A DNA stretch of 64,000 bases from an uncultured Candidatus Saccharibacteria bacterium (GCA_964474435.1 CAYYSI010000001.1:126647-190646); one strand, 5' to 3'. Numbered from the stretch's first letter, positions 36,585-46,903 are shown. Numbers and translations: made by a program. Notes: a model not told the origin generated them from the letters alone.

Positions 36585-38276
36585 ATGTTAGCAACAATAC
36601 AAACAATTGGAGCAGAAGTTTGTCAGTGGTACAGTGCCCCATATTTTCTTTTTTCTGGAAATGTGTTTTCGAATCTGATTTATTATTCACACATATTTCC
36701 AGCTATCGCCGCCTTACTCGTTGGCTGTTTGATTTATTTTAGTAACAGAAAGGCACTCATCAACAAAGTTCTTTTTTTCACGATGATGGCATTCGTGCTC
36801 TGGACGCTGATAGACCTTATGTTGTGGGCAACAGAGCGTGTTGATCTCATCATGTTTTCATGGTCAGCTCTTGCGTATATTGAGCCGCTGATATATATCG
36901 GTCTTATGTATGTGGTGCATATCTTTGTCAAAAAGTCTGATATCCCATTCAAAAAAAAGGTGTTTATTGCTCTAACTCTTCTACCTATTCTCTTGCTTGC
37001 ACCGACCGCAAAAAATCTTGTCGGATTTGATTTCACCAACTGTGATCGAGAAGCTATCGAAGGACCGCTCTGGACGTATATCTACATACTCGAGTTTGCT
37101 ATTGTTGCAGCAATTGCATTTATCGGGTTTAGAAAATCTCCTGATCCAGAGCGTGTAACTCAAAATCGCCTCATAACGATCGGATCAATATTATTCCTTC
37201 TGAGCCTTTCATTGGGTAATATCGTTGGGAGCTTCTCAGAAAACTGGAGTATTGCGCAATACGGACTTTTTGGAATGCCAGTCTTTATTGTATTCCTTTC
37301 ATATCTCGTCATCAGATATCAGCGCTTTAATACAAAAGTCTTTGCAACGCAAATATTGAGCGGATCACTTGCGATCCTCGTTCTATCATTACTTCTTATT
37401 CAAGATATCCAACTCATTCGGTTAATTGTATTGTTCACTTTTGCACTGACAATTGCATTTGGATATTTGCTCAATATTTCCGTTATCAAGGAACATCGTC
37501 AAAAAACTGAAATCGAAGAATTGGCAAAAAATCTGGAGTATGCTAACAACAATCTCGAACATGCTAACGAGAAGCTCAAGGGTGTCGATAAGCTCAAGAC
37601 TGAATTCCTCTCACTTGCCTCCCACCAGTTGCGTAGCCCACTTACTGCGATCAAGGGGTATTCGTCGATGTTGATTGAAGGATCGTTTGGTGCATTGACC
37701 AAGAAAGTTGATGAGCCGATCAAACGTATCTATACATCTGCACAAGGACTCGTCAGTATTGTCGAGGACTTGCTCAACGTTTCCAAGATCGAGCAGGGTG
37801 GTATGAAGTATGAATTCCAGCAAACTGACCTCAACCTAGTTGTGAAAAACCTCTATGAAGAAATGCAGATCCCGGCGCAGAGCAAGAACATCATATTTAC
37901 ACTTGATATGAAGGCTGATGAGAAATTTATCGTGAACGCCGATCCTGTCAAAATCAAACAAGTCTTCCTCAACCTCACTGACAATAGTATCAAATATACA
38001 CCAGACGACGGCACAGTGTCGCTATCATTGAAGCGAGTTGATGACACGATAGAGTTCGCCGTAAAAGATACGGGCATGGGTATTTCTCCAGAAACCCGGG
38101 CGAAACTGTTTGAGAAGTTTAGTCGTGGTGAGGGTGGCAAGATGAATACGGGAGGAAGTGGTTTGGGGCTCTATCTCGCACGACAGATCGCAATCGCACA
38201 CAAGGGGGATGTGGTCATCGAAAGTGAGGGTCTCGGCAAAGGTTCTACATTCAAGGTCGTATTGCCGACGATGTAA
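36585..38276 (+). CDS. Sensor histidine kinase with multi-TM sensor domain
   Basis: About 8 TM helices, then H-box LASHQLRSPLTAIKGY, and N/G1/G2 boxes (NLTDNSIKYT, DTGMGIS, GGSGLGL). Confidence 0.85.
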   Translation: MLATIQTIGAEVCQWYSAPYFLFSGNVFSNLIYYSHIFPAIAALLVGCLIYFSNRKALINKVLFFTMMAFVLWTLIDLMLWATERVDLIMFSWSALAYIEPLIYIGLMYVVHIFVKKSDIPFKKKVFIALTLLPILLLAPTAKNLVGFDFTNCDREAIEGPLWTYIYILEFAIVAAIAFIGFRKSPDPERVTQNRLITIGSILFLLSLSLGNIVGSFSENWSIAQYGLFGMPVFIVFLSYLVIRYQRFNTKVFATQILSGSLAILVLSLLLIQDIQLIRLIVLFTFALTIAFGYLLNISVIKEHRQKTEIEELAKNLEYANNNLEHANEKLKGVDKLKTEFLSLASHQLRSPLTAIKGYSSMLIEGSFGALTKKVDEPIKRIYTSAQGLVSIVEDLLNVSKIEQGGMKYEFQQTDLNLVVKNLYEEMQIPAQSKNIIFTLDMKADEKFIVNADPVKIKQVFLNLTDNSIKYTPDDGTVSLSLKRVDDTIEFAVKDTGMGISPETRAKLFEKFSRGEGGKMNTGGSGLGLYLARQIAIAHKGDVVIESEGLGKGSTFKVVLPTM

Positions 38277-38279
38277 GTA

Positions 38280-39656
38280 TTATTGCAGCACTGTTCCTTC
38301 TGGTGTATCGAGGACTTCGTAGCCAAATGCTATGAGTTGGTCACGGATGTGGTCGGAGGTTGCGAAGTCTTTGTTGGCGCGGGCTTCGTCGCGTTTTGCA
38401 GCGAGTGCTTTGACTGCGTCAGTGATAACGATCTTGCGAACATATGCGAGGTCAAGTCCAAGGACAGTGTCGAACTTCAGCAGTGTTGCCCATTTATCTT
38501 TATTTTCGATAGCTGCATCATTAAAAAGTTCCCAGAGAACTGCAAGCGCCTTGGAAGTATTGAGATCGTCAGAGAGCGCATCAGTGAACGCGTCAAGGTA
38601 TGAATCAATGACATCACCGACGAATGGTTGTTTTGCAGCAAATGCTTGGAGCTTTTTGAGCTGGGTGTTTGCAACTTCGAGTGAATCCCATGTGAAGTTG
38701 AGTGGCTTGCGATAGCTTGTTTGCATAAACATGAGACGTACTGCAAGCGGATTGATTTTGCGAGCGAGTATATCGTCGATGTTATAGAAATTTTGTAAAC
38801 TCTTTGACATTTTGACACCATCGACGAGGAGGAAGTCGTGGTGCACCCAATACTTCACAAAGTCGTGCCCAGTTGCGCACTCACTCTGTGCGATTTCGTT
38901 TTCGTGGTGCACGGGAATGTGATCAATACCGCCAGTATGAATGTCGATCGTCTCGCCCAAATATTTCATACTCATCGCAGAACACTCGATGTGCCACCCT
39001 GGGAAACCATCGCCCCACGGAGACGGCCAATACATTGCGTGGTCTCTAAATTTGCCTACACGTTTGAACCAAAGAGAGAAGTCTGCAGGGTTTCGTTTCT
39101 CGGGATCAATGACGACATCATCCCGAACTGCAACTTCTTTTTGATCAAGCTTTTGACCAGAGAGTGATCCATACTTTGGATCTGTGGATATATCAAAATA
39201 AAGCGCTTGGTTTGTCTCATAGGCAAAACCTTTTGATATGAGTTTCTCATTGAGCTCTATCATTTCTTTGATATGACTCGTTGCCTTTGATTCAATATGC
39301 GGCGGCAGTACATTCACCGCTTGCATACTTTTATGAAAATACTCCGTATAAAATTCGGCAATGTCCCAAACAGTTTTGCCTTCAGTCGCGGCTTTCTTTT
39401 CAAATTTATCATCGCCCTCGTCTGAGTCATTGGTGAGATGTCCAACATCGGTAATATTCATGACATGCTTTACGTCGTATCCGACCAACGCCAGTGTTCG
39501 TCGCACCATATCGTCGCCAATGTATTTGCGCATATGTCCGATATGGGTGTAGTCGTAGACAGTTGGGCCACAGGCGTACATTGTCACCGTAGGAGCATTG
39601 AGTGGAGCGAATTCCTCAACTGATCGACTTTGTGTATTGTAGAGCGAAAGTTTCAT
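38280..39656 (-). CDS. cysS: Cysteinyl-tRNA synthetase
   Basis: HIGH motif (HIGHMRKY) and KMSKS. The track ORF extends to 39746. The likely start is [10 protein letters not shown] at 39656. Confidence 0.85.
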   Translation of the reverse strand: MKLSLYNTQSRSVEEFAPLNAPTVTMYACGPTVYDYTHIGHMRKYIGDDMVRRTLALVGYDVKHVMNITDVGHLTNDSDEGDDKFEKKAATEGKTVWDIAEFYTEYFHKSMQAVNVLPPHIESKATSHIKEMIELNEKLISKGFAYETNQALYFDISTDPKYGSLSGQKLDQKEVAVRDDVVIDPEKRNPADFSLWFKRVGKFRDHAMYWPSPWGDGFPGWHIECSAMSMKYLGETIDIHTGGIDHIPVHHENEIAQSECATGHDFVKYWVHHDFLLVDGVKMSKSLQNFYNIDDILARKINPLAVRLMFMQTSYRKPLNFTWDSLEVANTQLKKLQAFAAKQPFVGDVIDSYLDAFTDALSDDLNTSKALAVLWELFNDAAIENKDKWATLLKFDTVLGLDLAYVRKIVITDAVKALAAKRDEARANKDFATSDHIRDQLIAFGYEVLDTPEGTVLQ

Positions 39657-39660
39657 ACGG

Positions 39661-40578
39661 TTAGATCCAGCGACGTAGTTTAAAGAAGACGAACATGACG
39701 ACTCCTGTGACAAACATCGCAAAGATAATGAAATAAAAATCTTCAAGTGATTTGATAAAGATAATGTTGTTGACAGTGTTCATCCCAAAGACTCCTGTGA
39801 TAAGCGTCAGTGGCAGCATCACAAACGTCATGATGGTGAAGTTTTTCATGATCTCGTTTGATTTCGTACTGAGGAGGGAGTCGTTGGTGCGCTGGAGTTC
39901 GGCGAGCACATCGCGATGGCTCTCCAGTATTGAGTTCACTTTGCGGTATTCACTCGTGATGAGCTCTGCATAGTATGCGTATTCTTCGCCAAAGAGGCGT
40001 TTGGAAGCAGATTCGTAGCTGTGGAGTACTTCACCATGAAAGCGAATGGACTGTTTGAAATCGAGAAGCTTGCGGGAAGTCGCAGAGATGCGGCGCACCG
40101 TTGAGACTTCGTGACTTTCAAAGATTTTGCGTTCGATGTCTTTGATGGTTTCGGTGAGTTCTTCGAGTTCGATGAGTGACTTGTGATAAAACTCCTTCAT
40201 CATCTGCATGAAAATGTAGCCGCCGTGATGTGCCATTTGCGGATCTTCGTGTAGGCTGTGTGCTTCAAATATTTTTGCAAAGTTGCTGATGCGTTCGATG
40301 GCTTCGTAGCGCACAGTAATAATGAATGACTTGCCAATAACAAAGTCGATCTCTTGTTCGGTGCTTGAGGGCACCTGATTGCCAATGACGGGGAAGTGGA
40401 GGATGAGGTAGAGGAGGTTGGGATAGAGATCTACTTTGGATCGAAGCGTATGGTCAGACATCTCTTGGCCGACGAGGTGCGGAAGCCCAAATTCTTGGAC
40501 AATATGTGCTGTTTCGTCAGCAGTCGGGGACTCGAGGTCGATCCATGTCAGCCCATGGGCGGCAAAGCGAGTAATCAT
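39661..40578 (-). CDS. corA: Magnesium/cobalt transporter CorA
   Basis: C-terminal two TM with the GMN motif (VFGMNTVNN). 305 aa. Confidence 0.85.
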   Translation of the reverse strand: MITRFAAHGLTWIDLESPTADETAHIVQEFGLPHLVGQEMSDHTLRSKVDLYPNLLYLILHFPVIGNQVPSSTEQEIDFVIGKSFIITVRYEAIERISNFAKIFEAHSLHEDPQMAHHGGYIFMQMMKEFYHKSLIELEELTETIKDIERKIFESHEVSTVRRISATSRKLLDFKQSIRFHGEVLHSYESASKRLFGEEYAYYAELITSEYRKVNSILESHRDVLAELQRTNDSLLSTKSNEIMKNFTIMTFVMLPLTLITGVFGMNTVNNIIFIKSLEDFYFIIFAMFVTGVVMFVFFKLRRWI

Positions 40579-40668
40579 GGTGTAATTGTACCATACCTCG
40601 CCCTAGGGTCATGTATCTCGGGAAACGGCTTGCGGACAAGCTAGAAATATGTATAATGAGCTCCTATT

Positions 40669-41061
40669 ATGGCAGTCGCAAAAACTACAGCTAAAAAGAC
40701 CGTTGCAAAAAAAGCTCCTGCAAAGGCGGCAAAAAAGCCTGCTTCTGATGAATTTGCAGTTATCCTCACTGGCGGCAAGCAGTACCAAGTAGCTGTTGGC
40801 GACACCATCCAGATCGAAAAGATCGAAGGTCTCAAGAAAGGTGATGCAGTAACCTTTGACAAGGTCCTTCTCGTAGATAATGGCACTGATACAACTATCG
40901 GTACTCCACACATCACTGGCGCAACTGTAACTGGCGAAGTCATGGTTGTCGGCCGCGCTCAAAAGGTAACGGTTATCAAATACAAGCAAAAATCTCGCTA
41001 CTTCAAAAAGAATGGTCACAAGCAGCCATATCTCAAAGTTTCAATAACAAGCATTAAATAG
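40669..41061 (+). CDS. rplU: 50S ribosomal protein L21 with lysine/alanine-rich N-terminal extension
   Basis: VILTGGKQYQVAVGDTIQIEKIEG...GHKQPYLKVSITSI, preceded by the about 30-aa extension KKTVAKKAPAKAAKKPA. Confidence 0.85.
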   Translation: MAVAKTTAKKTVAKKAPAKAAKKPASDEFAVILTGGKQYQVAVGDTIQIEKIEGLKKGDAVTFDKVLLVDNGTDTTIGTPHITGATVTGEVMVVGRAQKVTVIKYKQKSRYFKKNGHKQPYLKVSITSIK

Positions 41062-41092
41062 AAAAAACTCTCCAAATGGAGAGTTTTTTCTA
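41062..41092. terminator. Bidirectional intrinsic terminator
   Basis: aaaaaactctcc-aaat-ggagagtttttt. Confidence 0.7.
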
Positions 41093-41410
41093 TTTTTCAA
41101 GATCCTGAAGAAGTTGATGTATTGTATTTGTTGCCTTTACTACCGGGCCTTCTTTATCTTGCTCATTGTTGTTTGAATAAACAAGTCTTTCGTAGTCGGC
41201 TGCCTCCTCAAGAAGTTGTTGCGCTTTGTTTAGCTTCTCAATAAAAACCTCTCTAATCTCTTCAAGTTTGCCATCATGTCTAGCCAAAATAGCTTGGTAG
41301 GCATCAGCAGAAACTTCTCTTTTTCCACCTTTAGATTCTTCGAGAAGAGCGGTTGATGATTTAATAGCATCTGATTTTTCCCAGGCATCTCCTATAGTTT
41401 CTAAGCTCAT
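41090..41410 (-). CDS. Hypothetical coiled-coil protein
   Basis: 106-aa ORF. Low GC. Confidence 0.4.
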   Translation of the reverse strand: MSLETIGDAWEKSDAIKSSTALLEESKGGKREVSADAYQAILARHDGKLEEIREVFIEKLNKAQQLLEEAADYERLVYSNNNEQDKEGPVVKATNTIHQLLQDLEK

Positions 41411-41460
41411 AATTCATTTATTTTCATTAATAATAATTTTTCATTATTATACCATGTTTA

Positions 41461-42063
41461 CTACTCTCTCTTTTTAAGCGATGCATTCAAACTCATCGCA
41501 TCAGCGTATTCGAGTTCTGCGCCAGATGATAGTCCGCGGCCGAGGCTTGAGAGTTTGAGTGTTGGGGCGATTGGAGTGATCATTTCGCGGATGGCTTGAT
41601 CAGTGTGTTCGCCATTGGGGGTAAGAGGGAAGGCGAGGATGACTTCGGTCAATACTGAGCCATTTTCTTTTTTGATGCGCTCGAGGAGCTGGTTTGCATG
41701 TGTTGCTGCAATCGTTACTTTTTGAATGATAGGAATGAGTCCGCCAAGGACGAAAAAGAGTCCGCGATAGTCAGTCCGTTCAAATGAATCAATATCCTGG
41801 CTTTTCTCTACAACGACGATCGTTGACTGGTCGCGACGTATATCGCTACACATATCACACGTGCCGGGTGTGCCTTCGTATATGCGCATACACCGTGTGC
41901 AGGTATGGGCTTGTCCGCGAGCCTCAAGGAGTGTTTTGGCAAGGGTCGCCACATAGTGTTCTGGCTGCGTCAATATGAAATACGCGAAGCGATGTGCCTG
42001 CCGTGTCCCAATCCCAGGGAATTTCAAAAAAAGTTGTGCGAGACGTTCAAGTTCTTGTTGCAT
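41461..42063 (-). CDS. recR: Recombination protein RecR
   Basis: HhH LFLKFPGIGTRQAHRFAY, C4 zinc finger CTRCMRIYEGTPGTCDMC, Toprim. The track start 42072 is a TTG. ATG at 42063. Confidence 0.9.
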   Translation of the reverse strand: MQQELERLAQLFLKFPGIGTRQAHRFAYFILTQPEHYVATLAKTLLEARGQAHTCTRCMRIYEGTPGTCDMCSDIRRDQSTIVVVEKSQDIDSFERTDYRGLFFVLGGLIPIIQKVTIAATHANQLLERIKKENGSVLTEVILAFPLTPNGEHTDQAIREMITPIAPTLKLSSLGRGLSSGAELEYADAMSLNASLKKRE

Positions 42064-42342
42064 CACGTACAAAATAGGAAACGCTTTAAACGGTTCTTGA
42101 GAAACGCCCAGCCCCTCCCTGATTTAAGATATAATTCTCTCGACCGAGCATCTTCTTCTGTAAGGCATGCTTCATAGTAAATGATTGTATAGGGGCCTCG
42201 ACCTTTTGTATATGTTGATTTTCCCTCATTATGTTCTTTAAAGCGTTTCCGTAAATCACTTGTATATCCTATATATAATTTATTATTTTTCAGACTTCTT
42301 AATACATAGGTGTAATAAAACTTTTCCATATTTTGTACGTGA
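42062..42342. mobile_element. Candidate TIR-bounded miniature element carrying the GIY-YIG gene
   Basis: Left ATCACGTACAAAAT (42062-42075) and right ATTTTGTACGTGA (42330-42342) are inverted copies of the same motif that brackets 1629-1727. The 20-nt left ends of the two loci match 19/20. The interior is low GC. Confidence 0.35.
42063..42329 (-). CDS. Free-standing GIY-YIG nuclease-domain protein (YhbQ/UPF0213-like)
   Basis: YYTYVLRSLKNNKLYIGYTSDLRKRFKEHNEG is a GIY...YIG motif. Its TGA overlaps the recR ATG by 1 nt (TGATG). It is flanked by the inverted 13-mer repeats at 42062-42075 and 42330-42342. Low GC. Confidence 0.8.
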   Translation of the reverse strand: MEKFYYTYVLRSLKNNKLYIGYTSDLRKRFKEHNEGKSTYTKGRGPYTIIYYEACLTEEDARSRELYLKSGRGWAFLKNRLKRFLFCT

Positions 42343-42355
42343 GCATGATCAACCC

Positions 42356-43732
42356 CTAGAAATCATCAAATGACGTAGTCTTGGCAACAGCTGCATGGGA
42401 CTTGTCCATCGTGAGGAATGACGTCGTCTTACCATCAAACATGAGCTGCACAGAGCCGACTGCACCATTGCGGTGTTTTTCGATCAAGATGTCGGTGATG
42501 TTATCTTTTTCATCTTTGTAGCGGTCGTCACGATGGAGGAACATGACGAGGTCGGCGTCTTGCTCGATGGATCCAGAGTCACGCAGGTCAGAAAGACGAG
42601 GTTTGCCGCCACGAGTTTCAACTGCACGAGAGAGCTGTGAGAGCGCGAGTACTGGCACGTCGAGCTCACGGGCGAGTTGTTTGAGCGAGCGAGAGACTTC
42701 GGTGATCTGATTGACCATGTTGTCATAGTTTTTGGATGTGGTCATGAGCTGGAGGTAGTCGACGACGATGAGACCAAGGCCATGCTCACTTTTGAGTCGT
42801 CGTGCAACTGAACGCATTTTCACTATTGAGTTACCAGCTTGGTCATCGATATAGATCGGTGCCTTTTGGAGGCGAGATGCGGCCTCTTGGAGTGTCGTGA
42901 AGTGCTGGTTGTTGAGTCCATGTCCTGTGCGAATACTCCATGCATCGACTCGTGACTCTGCAGAGAGCATACGCTGAACGAGCTGTTGTGCACTCATTTC
43001 CAATGAGAATATCCCAACGGGAACGCCAGAAAGTGCGACATTGCGGGCGATGTCGAGCGCAAATGTTGTCTTACCCATACTCGGACGAGCTGCGAGGATG
43101 ATAAGGTCAGACTTTTGCAGTCCAGCAAGGAGGTTGTCGAGATCGGGGAATCCTGTTGGTACACCACGGATTTCCTCTTTGTTATCACGCAGGTATTCGA
43201 TCTGCTCGACGGTGTGCATGAGCTCTTGCTTGATCGAGACAAATGCATTTTTGACACTCATACCGGACGAGACTTTGAAAATCGCCTTTTCTGCAGCATC
43301 GACGACGTCCGCCGTTTCCATATCACTTTCTTCATAGGCGATCGTTGCGATAGACTCTGATGCATCGATCAATGAGCGAAGCATGAACTTCTTGTACACA
43401 ATATCTGCGTAGTGACGAATGTTGACCGTGGAGGGGACATTCGACATGAGTTCATTGAGATACACATTGCCACCGATTTCAACGAGTACTTTCTTTTCTT
43501 TGAGTGCGTTTGCAAGTGAAAGGACATCGATGGGTTCGTTTTTGAGCGAGAGCTCCATGATATTTTTGAAAATGATCGCATGCTTTTTCGCATAGAACAT
43601 TTCTGGTACCAAGAGATCAACGACTTCATGGATTGCGGCTGGACGAAGCATGAGCGCACCGAGTACTGCCTGCTCACTTTCGAGGGAGTGCGGCGGAACG
43701 CGGAGATTGGAGAGACCTTGAGGCTTTTGCAT
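42356..43732 (-). CDS. dnaB: Replicative DNA helicase DnaB
   Basis: Walker A GARPSMGKTTFAL, DnaB N-terminal domain, RecA-like core. 458 aa. Confidence 0.9.
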   Translation of the reverse strand: MQKPQGLSNLRVPPHSLESEQAVLGALMLRPAAIHEVVDLLVPEMFYAKKHAIIFKNIMELSLKNEPIDVLSLANALKEKKVLVEIGGNVYLNELMSNVPSTVNIRHYADIVYKKFMLRSLIDASESIATIAYEESDMETADVVDAAEKAIFKVSSGMSVKNAFVSIKQELMHTVEQIEYLRDNKEEIRGVPTGFPDLDNLLAGLQKSDLIILAARPSMGKTTFALDIARNVALSGVPVGIFSLEMSAQQLVQRMLSAESRVDAWSIRTGHGLNNQHFTTLQEAASRLQKAPIYIDDQAGNSIVKMRSVARRLKSEHGLGLIVVDYLQLMTTSKNYDNMVNQITEVSRSLKQLARELDVPVLALSQLSRAVETRGGKPRLSDLRDSGSIEQDADLVMFLHRDDRYKDEKDNITDILIEKHRNGAVGSVQLMFDGKTTSFLTMDKSHAAVAKTTSFDDF

Positions 43733-43793
43733 CCAGTGATTGTACCACCTGGCCCAACTATTAAAAATCCACCATTTTTGGTACTATATGCAC

Positions 43794-44762
43794 ATGATAT
43801 CCCCTAAGAAACGCCTCCTTTCAGGCGTCAAACCTACAGGTCGACCACATATTGGCAACTACTTTGGAGCAATGAAGCAGTTTGTCGATCTCCAAGACCA
43901 ATACGAAACATTCGTATTCATCGCAGATCTGCACGCACTCAACTTCATCCAAAACAAAGAAGAGATGGTACAGCTCTCGCACGACCTTGTACTCGACTAT
44001 CTGGGCATAGGACTTGATCCAAAAAACATCACTTTGTTCAAACAGTCCGCAGTGCCTGCACATACCCAGCTCACGTGGATATTTGACACACTCATCACGG
44101 TGCCATTTATGATGCGCGCGCATGCGTACAAAGACGCAGTTGCCAAAGACATCGAACCGAGCATGGGACTTTTTACATACCCAGTACTTATGGCGGCAGA
44201 TATATTGATGTATGACGCCGATGTCGTGCCTGTGGGCAAAGACCAGAAGCAGCATATTGAGTACGCGCGAGACATTGCAGGGAAATTTAACAATCAATAT
44301 GCAGAGTTATTTAAGCTCCCAAAAGATCTGATCCTGCCTGATGTAGAAACAGTGCCCGGTACTGACGGTCAGAAAATGTCCAAGAGTTATGGCAACACGA
44401 TCCCACTTTTTGCAACTGATGCAGAGATTGAAAAAGCAGTCATGAGTATTGCAACTGATTCACGCGGCAAGGATGAAGAAAAGAATCCCGACGACATAGT
44501 GCTCTATCAGATCCACAAACTTTTTAATGATTCTACAGAACTCAAATCTCAATACCGACAAGGCCTCGGCTACGGCGATGCAAAGAAAATGCTCATAGCT
44601 GACATCATCACCTTTGTTACTCCAATGCGCGAACGCCGCAAGATCTATGAAAATGATCCAAAACTTGTTCAAGAAATCCTCCTAAATGGCGCGATGAAAG
44701 CAAATGATATTGCGATGAAGAAATTGACGAATGTGTATGAGGCGGTGGGGTTGACGGAATAA
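43794..44762 (+). CDS. trpS: Tryptophanyl-tRNA synthetase
   Basis: KRLLSGVKPTGRPHIGNYFGA (HIGH-type) and KMSKS. The track ORF begins at 43740. The likely start is ATG at 43794. Confidence 0.9.
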   Translation: MISPKKRLLSGVKPTGRPHIGNYFGAMKQFVDLQDQYETFVFIADLHALNFIQNKEEMVQLSHDLVLDYLGIGLDPKNITLFKQSAVPAHTQLTWIFDTLITVPFMMRAHAYKDAVAKDIEPSMGLFTYPVLMAADILMYDADVVPVGKDQKQHIEYARDIAGKFNNQYAELFKLPKDLILPDVETVPGTDGQKMSKSYGNTIPLFATDAEIEKAVMSIATDSRGKDEEKNPDDIVLYQIHKLFNDSTELKSQYRQGLGYGDAKKMLIADIITFVTPMRERRKIYENDPKLVQEILLNGAMKANDIAMKKLTNVYEAVGLTE

Positions 44763-44764
44763 GT

Positions 44765-45415
44765 ATGAAAAAATATATACCTAAAATACATTTTATATAT
44801 ACATGGGCATTCGATAATTTTCAACGAGCTAATTTTGAAAAAAACGGTATAGAGTATCCTTCTGTGGATAAAGTATCAGATGGCGTAGTGCATATACGAA
44901 AATTATGGGATGAAGTAAATAAGGATGATAAAGTCATCAAAGGTATTGTTGATATCTTAGGTATCACTCGTGAATATGATTTCGAATTTTTTATATATGG
45001 AAAAGGAAGGCTTGGTGCAATTTCTACGCCACTTATGCTCGGTTTATACCCCAAAGAAGGTGAGTGTTATCCTGATGCAGAGTTATTGGAAGTGATTGTA
45101 CATGAACTTCTTCATCGATTTATACAATCTCCGCGCTGGGAAAAACACCCTCAGAAAGAGTATTGGGATTATATTAAAAAAGAAGCGTATCCTGATTTAC
45201 TTTTAGCAACACAAAACCATATATTACTGTATGCGGTATTAGAAAAACTTCGCCCTTTGATTTTTACACCCGAACAAATCGATCAAATAAATATCTCTTT
45301 GGCGCAACCTCTAAAGCCGGGGTATATAGAAGCCATTAATATGGTCAAAGAAAAAGGTGCTGATTTTTTCATCAAAGAATTTACTGATCGAATCATTCGA
45401 TATGAAGATGACTAA
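44765..45415 (+). CDS. Hypothetical protein with HExxH motif (possible zinc hydrolase)
   Basis: VIVHELLHRF. Low-GC island gene. No further family assignment. Confidence 0.4.
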   Translation: MKKYIPKIHFIYTWAFDNFQRANFEKNGIEYPSVDKVSDGVVHIRKLWDEVNKDDKVIKGIVDILGITREYDFEFFIYGKGRLGAISTPLMLGLYPKEGECYPDAELLEVIVHELLHRFIQSPRWEKHPQKEYWDYIKKEAYPDLLLATQNHILLYAVLEKLRPLIFTPEQIDQINISLAQPLKPGYIEAINMVKEKGADFFIKEFTDRIIRYEDD

Positions 45416-45962
45416 CAACCCACTAGACGGCTGGGATGGATACTATGATGCGGTTGGGGGCGACCATTCGTCAGCTCTTGAGCGAGCTGTTAGAGATTAT
45501 TGTAAAGAAAGAGGCTATGCCTTAGATATTGGCGCAGGGAATTTACGGGATACAAAATTTTTATTGAAAGAAGGGTTTATTGTGACCGCTATAGATCCGT
45601 CTCCGGGATCAGTATTGGCTGCAGAAAAGATGCGTGATCCGAATTTCACTATGTTTCAAGGTTTTGCTGGAGCATATCAATATCCTGAAAACCATTTTTC
45701 AATTATTAACGCACAACAGATATTATTTCACTTTCCAAAAGATCGATTTGATTTCAATCTTGAAAAAATTAGTTATTCTTTAAAGCAAGGCGGTATCTTG
45801 TGTGCGAATTTCCTTGGGGAAAAAGATACATGGAATCATGAAGGAACAAAGATGACTATAACTCCGGCACAAGATTTGCCAGATATTCTAAAAGGTTTTG
45901 AAATTGTCTATATAAAGGAACATGAACGAGATCAGACAGAGGAATTTGCTAAAAAGAAGTGA
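45402..45962 (+). CDS. Class I SAM-dependent methyltransferase (TehB-like), copy 1
   Basis: Motif I ALDIGAGNLRDTKFLLKEGFIVTAIDPSP. Paralog of 47543-48097. Confidence 0.7.
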   Translation: MKMTNNPLDGWDGYYDAVGGDHSSALERAVRDYCKERGYALDIGAGNLRDTKFLLKEGFIVTAIDPSPGSVLAAEKMRDPNFTMFQGFAGAYQYPENHFSIINAQQILFHFPKDRFDFNLEKISYSLKQGGILCANFLGEKDTWNHEGTKMTITPAQDLPDILKGFEIVYIKEHERDQTEEFAKKK

Positions 45963-46012
45963 GATGTGACTGCAAGACACGAGCATCAAATAGTAGTTAT
46001 AGCGATAAAGAA

Positions 46013-46903
46013 ATGAAACTAGAAAGGCTCGACACTCATACTAAAATTCTGGGAGCGATAGAAAAATCTGTCATACCATTTACGCTATTTGGTTCTCCTC
46101 ATGTTCTCAATACTTTTTTCAATAATACTGGATTTGAGTTATGGAGCGCAGAGTTTGAAAATGAAACATATATATTTGTTCGGAAGGTGGATAGAAAATT
46201 TGTTCAAAACGAACTTCGATTGCTGTTTAAGAAATTCCCAGATGAATTAGTCGATCAGCTCAAGAAAGAATTTGATCCACCATATATTGCATACAATGAA
46301 CTACTTGAAGACCAGCATGACGAAAGACAAATAGAAGACATTGAAGTGGTGGTTGATGTCAAAAAATATGTAGATCTCGCATATGCCCCAATGCGCAAGC
46401 ATTATAAACAAGCAGTTAAACATAATTCTTCATTAGAAATAAAAGAGTTTAAAAATATCCCCATAGAGCACCTGCAAGAGTTTTGGAAATCGTGGCTTGC
46501 ACAGCGAGCAGAGCGCCCGTATGCGGCAGATCGAACACATAATGATGCAAAATTCTTCAACATATATTCTGATCAAGAATATTTTGGCGTAGTAGCCTAT
46601 GAAGGAGATAGAATTGTCGCGTATTCTATAGGAATAGGTTTTGATGAAGGGAAGTGCATTAGCGTTTTTAATAAATGCTTACAAGGATATACCAATCTTG
46701 GATTACAGATTTCATACGAAAAAGCACTATTGGCAGAAAAGAAAGGGTATAACAAAATTGCACTTGGGGGTATTAATAATGACTTCAAAAAACAGTTTCT
46801 TCATATAGCTGACACAATGCTTTTATACGGTATCGAGCTATTTCGAAAGCCAGATTTCACTACAAAGAGCCCGAATGGATATACATATGCCTTATTCTTT
46901 TAG
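46013..46903 (+). CDS. MprF-C/FemAB-like (DUF2156-like) putative aminoacyl-tRNA-dependent transferase fold protein
   Basis: WLAQRAERPYAADRTHNDAKFF...VVAYEGDRIVAYSIGIGFDEGKCISVFNKCLQGYTNLGLQISYEKALLAEKKGYNKIALGG resembles the LPG-synthase C-terminal/FemX GNAT-like region. This is a tentative assignment. The track start 45959 is a GTG. Confidence 0.35.
   Translation: MKLERLDTHTKILGAIEKSVIPFTLFGSPHVLNTFFNNTGFELWSAEFENETYIFVRKVDRKFVQNELRLLFKKFPDELVDQLKKEFDPPYIAYNELLEDQHDERQIEDIEVVVDVKKYVDLAYAPMRKHYKQAVKHNSSLEIKEFKNIPIEHLQEFWKSWLAQRAERPYAADRTHNDAKFFNIYSDQEYFGVVAYEGDRIVAYSIGIGFDEGKCISVFNKCLQGYTNLGLQISYEKALLAEKKGYNKIALGGINNDFKKQFLHIADTMLLYGIELFRKPDFTTKSPNGYTYALFF

Noticed and set aside
42195-42215. 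Possible fifth degenerate copy of the TIR motif (cttttgtatatgttgatttt) inside the GIY-YIG gene
   Set aside because: Only about 10/14 match to ATTTTGTACGTGAT. It is within the coding sequence, probably chance similarity in AT-rich sequence.
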